The notes under the pieces: model-generated
The model's database searches: none
What the model was told of the DNA's origin: nothing
What the model saw: the letters and a program-made list of their open reading frames with translations, nothing else
Shown: one piece after another, positions 62,130 through 64,000 of the stretch
How positions within the stretch are numbered: the first letter of the stretch is position 1
Layout: each line of letters begins with the position of its first letter
From: Blepharisma stoltei ATCC 30299
Lineage: Eukaryota > Protista > Ciliophora
Assembly (NCBI GenBank): GCA_965603825.1
Contig: CBFDEM010000056.1
Location: 907,848-971,847 of the forward strand
DNA length: 64,000 nt
Direction: 5' to 3'
Translations under genes and position numbers: made by a program

Positions 62130-64000
62130 GGTGTTAGGGTGTTAGGGTGTTAGGGTGTTAGGGTGTTAGGGTGTTAGGGTGTTAGGGTGTTAGGGTGTTA
62201 GGGTGTTAGGGTGTTAGGGTGTTAGGGTGTTAGGGTGTTAGGGTGTTAGGGTGTTAGGGTGTTAGGGTGTTAGGGTGTTAGGGGTGTTAGGGGTGTTAGG
62301 GTGTTAGGGTGTTAGGGTGTTAGGGTGTTTAGGGGTGTTAGGGTGTTAGGGTGGTGTTAGGGTGTTAGGGTGTTAGGGTGTTAGGGTGTTAGGGTGTTAG
62401 GGTGTTAGGGTGTTAGGGTGTTAGGGTGTTAGGGTGTTAGGGTGTTAGGGTGTTAGGGTGTTAGGGTGTTAGGGTGTTAGGGTGTTAGGGTGTTAGGGTG
62501 TTAGGGTGTTAGGGTGTTAGGGTGTTAGGGTGTTAGGGTGTTAGGGTGTTAGGGTGTTAGGGTGTTAGGGTGTTAGGGTGTTAGGGTGTTAGGGTGTTAG
62601 GGTGTTAGGGTGTTAGGGTGTTAGGGTGTTAGGGTGTTAGGGTGTTAGGGTGTTAGGGTGTTAGGGTGTTAGGGTGTTAGGGTGTTAGGGTGTTAGGGTG
62701 TTAGGGTGTTAGGGTGTTAGGGTGTTAGGGTGTTAGGGTGTTAGGGTGTTAGGGTGTTAGGGTGTTAGGGTGTTAGGGTGTTAGGGTGTTAGGGTGTTAG
62801 GGTGTTAGGGTGTTAGGGTGTTAGGGTGTTAGGGTGTTAGGGTGTTAGGGTGTTAGGGTGTTAGGGTGTTAGGGTGTTAGGGTGTTAGGGTGTTAGGGTG
62901 TTAGGGTGTTAGGGTGTTAGGGTGTTAGGGTGTTAGGGTGTTAGGGTGTTAGGGTGTTAGGGTGTTAGGGTGTTAGGGTGTTAGGGTGTTAGGGTGTTAG
63001 GGTGTTAGGGTGTTAGGGTGTTAGGGTGTTAGGGTGTTAGGGTGTTAGGGTGTTAGGGTGTTAGGGTGTTAGGGTGTTAGGGTGTTAGGGTGTTAGGGTG
63101 TTAGGGTGTTAGGGTGTTAGGGTGTTAGGGTGTTAGGGTGTTAGGGTGTTAGGGTGTTAGGGTGTTAGGGTGTTAGGGTGTTAGGGGTGTTAGGGTGTTA
63201 GGGTGTTAGGGTGTTAGGGTGTTAGGGTGTTAGGGTGTTAGGGTGTTAGGGTGTTAGGGTGTTAGGGTGTTAGGGTGTTAGGGTGTTAGGGTGTTAGGGT
63301 GTTAGGGTGTTAGGGTGTTAGGGTGTTAGGGTGTTAGGGTGTTAGGGTGTTAGGGTGTTAGGGTGTTAGGGTGTTAGGGTGTTAGGGTTTAGGGTGTTAG
63401 GGTGTTAGGGTGTTAGGGTGTTAGGGTGTTAGGGTGTTAGGGTGTTAGGGTGTTAGGGTGTTAGGGTGTTAGGGTGTTAGGGTGTTAGGGTGTTAGGGTG
63501 TTAGGGTGTTAGGGTGTTAGGGGTGTTAGGGGTGTTAGGGTGTTAGGGTGTTAGGGTGTTAGGGTGTTAGGGTGTTAGGGTGTTAGGGTTAGGGTGTTAG
63601 GGTGTTAGGGTGTTAGGGTGTTAGGGTGTTAGGGTGTTAGGGTGTTAGGGTGTTAGGGTGTTAGGGTGTTAGGGTGTTAGGGTGTTAGGGTGTTAGGGTG
63701 TTAGGGTTAGGGTGTTAGGGTGTTAGGGTGTTAGGGTGTTAGGGGTGTTAGGGTGGTGTTAGGGTGTTAGGGTGGTTAGGGTGTTAGGGTGTTAGGGTGT
63801 TAGGGTGTTAGGGTGTTAGGGTGTTAGGTGTTTGGGTGTTAGGGTGTTAGGGTGTTAGGGTGTTTAGGGTGTTAGGGTTAGGGTGTTAGGGTGTTAGGGT
63901 GTTAGGGTGTTAGGGTGTTAGGGTGTTAGGGGTGGTTAGGGTGTTAGGGTGTTAGGGTGTTAGGGTGTTAGGGTGTTTGGGTGTTAGGGTGTTAGGGTGT
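62130..64000 (+). repeat. Telomere (TGTTAGGG)n / (CCCTAACA)n, about 1.87 kb
   Basis: 8-nt tandem repeat with the G-rich strand running 5'->3' toward the end; occasional variant units. Confidence 0.98.

Overview
This is a gene-dense, AT-rich end of a eukaryotic chromosome that finishes in about 1.87 kb of (TGTTAGGG)n telomere. Three features visible in the sequence identify it as heterotrich-ciliate macronuclear DNA, most consistent with Blepharisma. First, in-frame TGA falls at invariant Trp positions in many proteins, while every reconstructed gene ends in TAA or TAG. Second, there are 17 tiny GT..AG introns (16 of 15 nt, one of 16 nt), all with an A at -6. Third, the telomere unit is CCCTAACA. 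The supplied standard-code ORF track therefore fragments most genes. Rebuilding them with TGA=Trp and the tiny introns gives about 40 protein-coding genes, two tRNAs (Gln-UUG, Leu-CAA), three clear pseudogenes, two local duplications and one unexplained GC-rich structured island. The most notable items are a subtelomeric SABATH-type carboxyl methyltransferase (plus a decayed copy) near an M20D amidohydrolase; ATG13 and HAUS5 homologues; two pseudokinases; a Prx5 lacking its catalytic Cys; a Tudor-like protein with a possible DIRS-Gag-like tail; a 10-nt micro-exon between two 15-nt introns; and the candidate ncRNA at 45.16-45.31 kb. All family calls come from manual motif recognition; no database searches were run.
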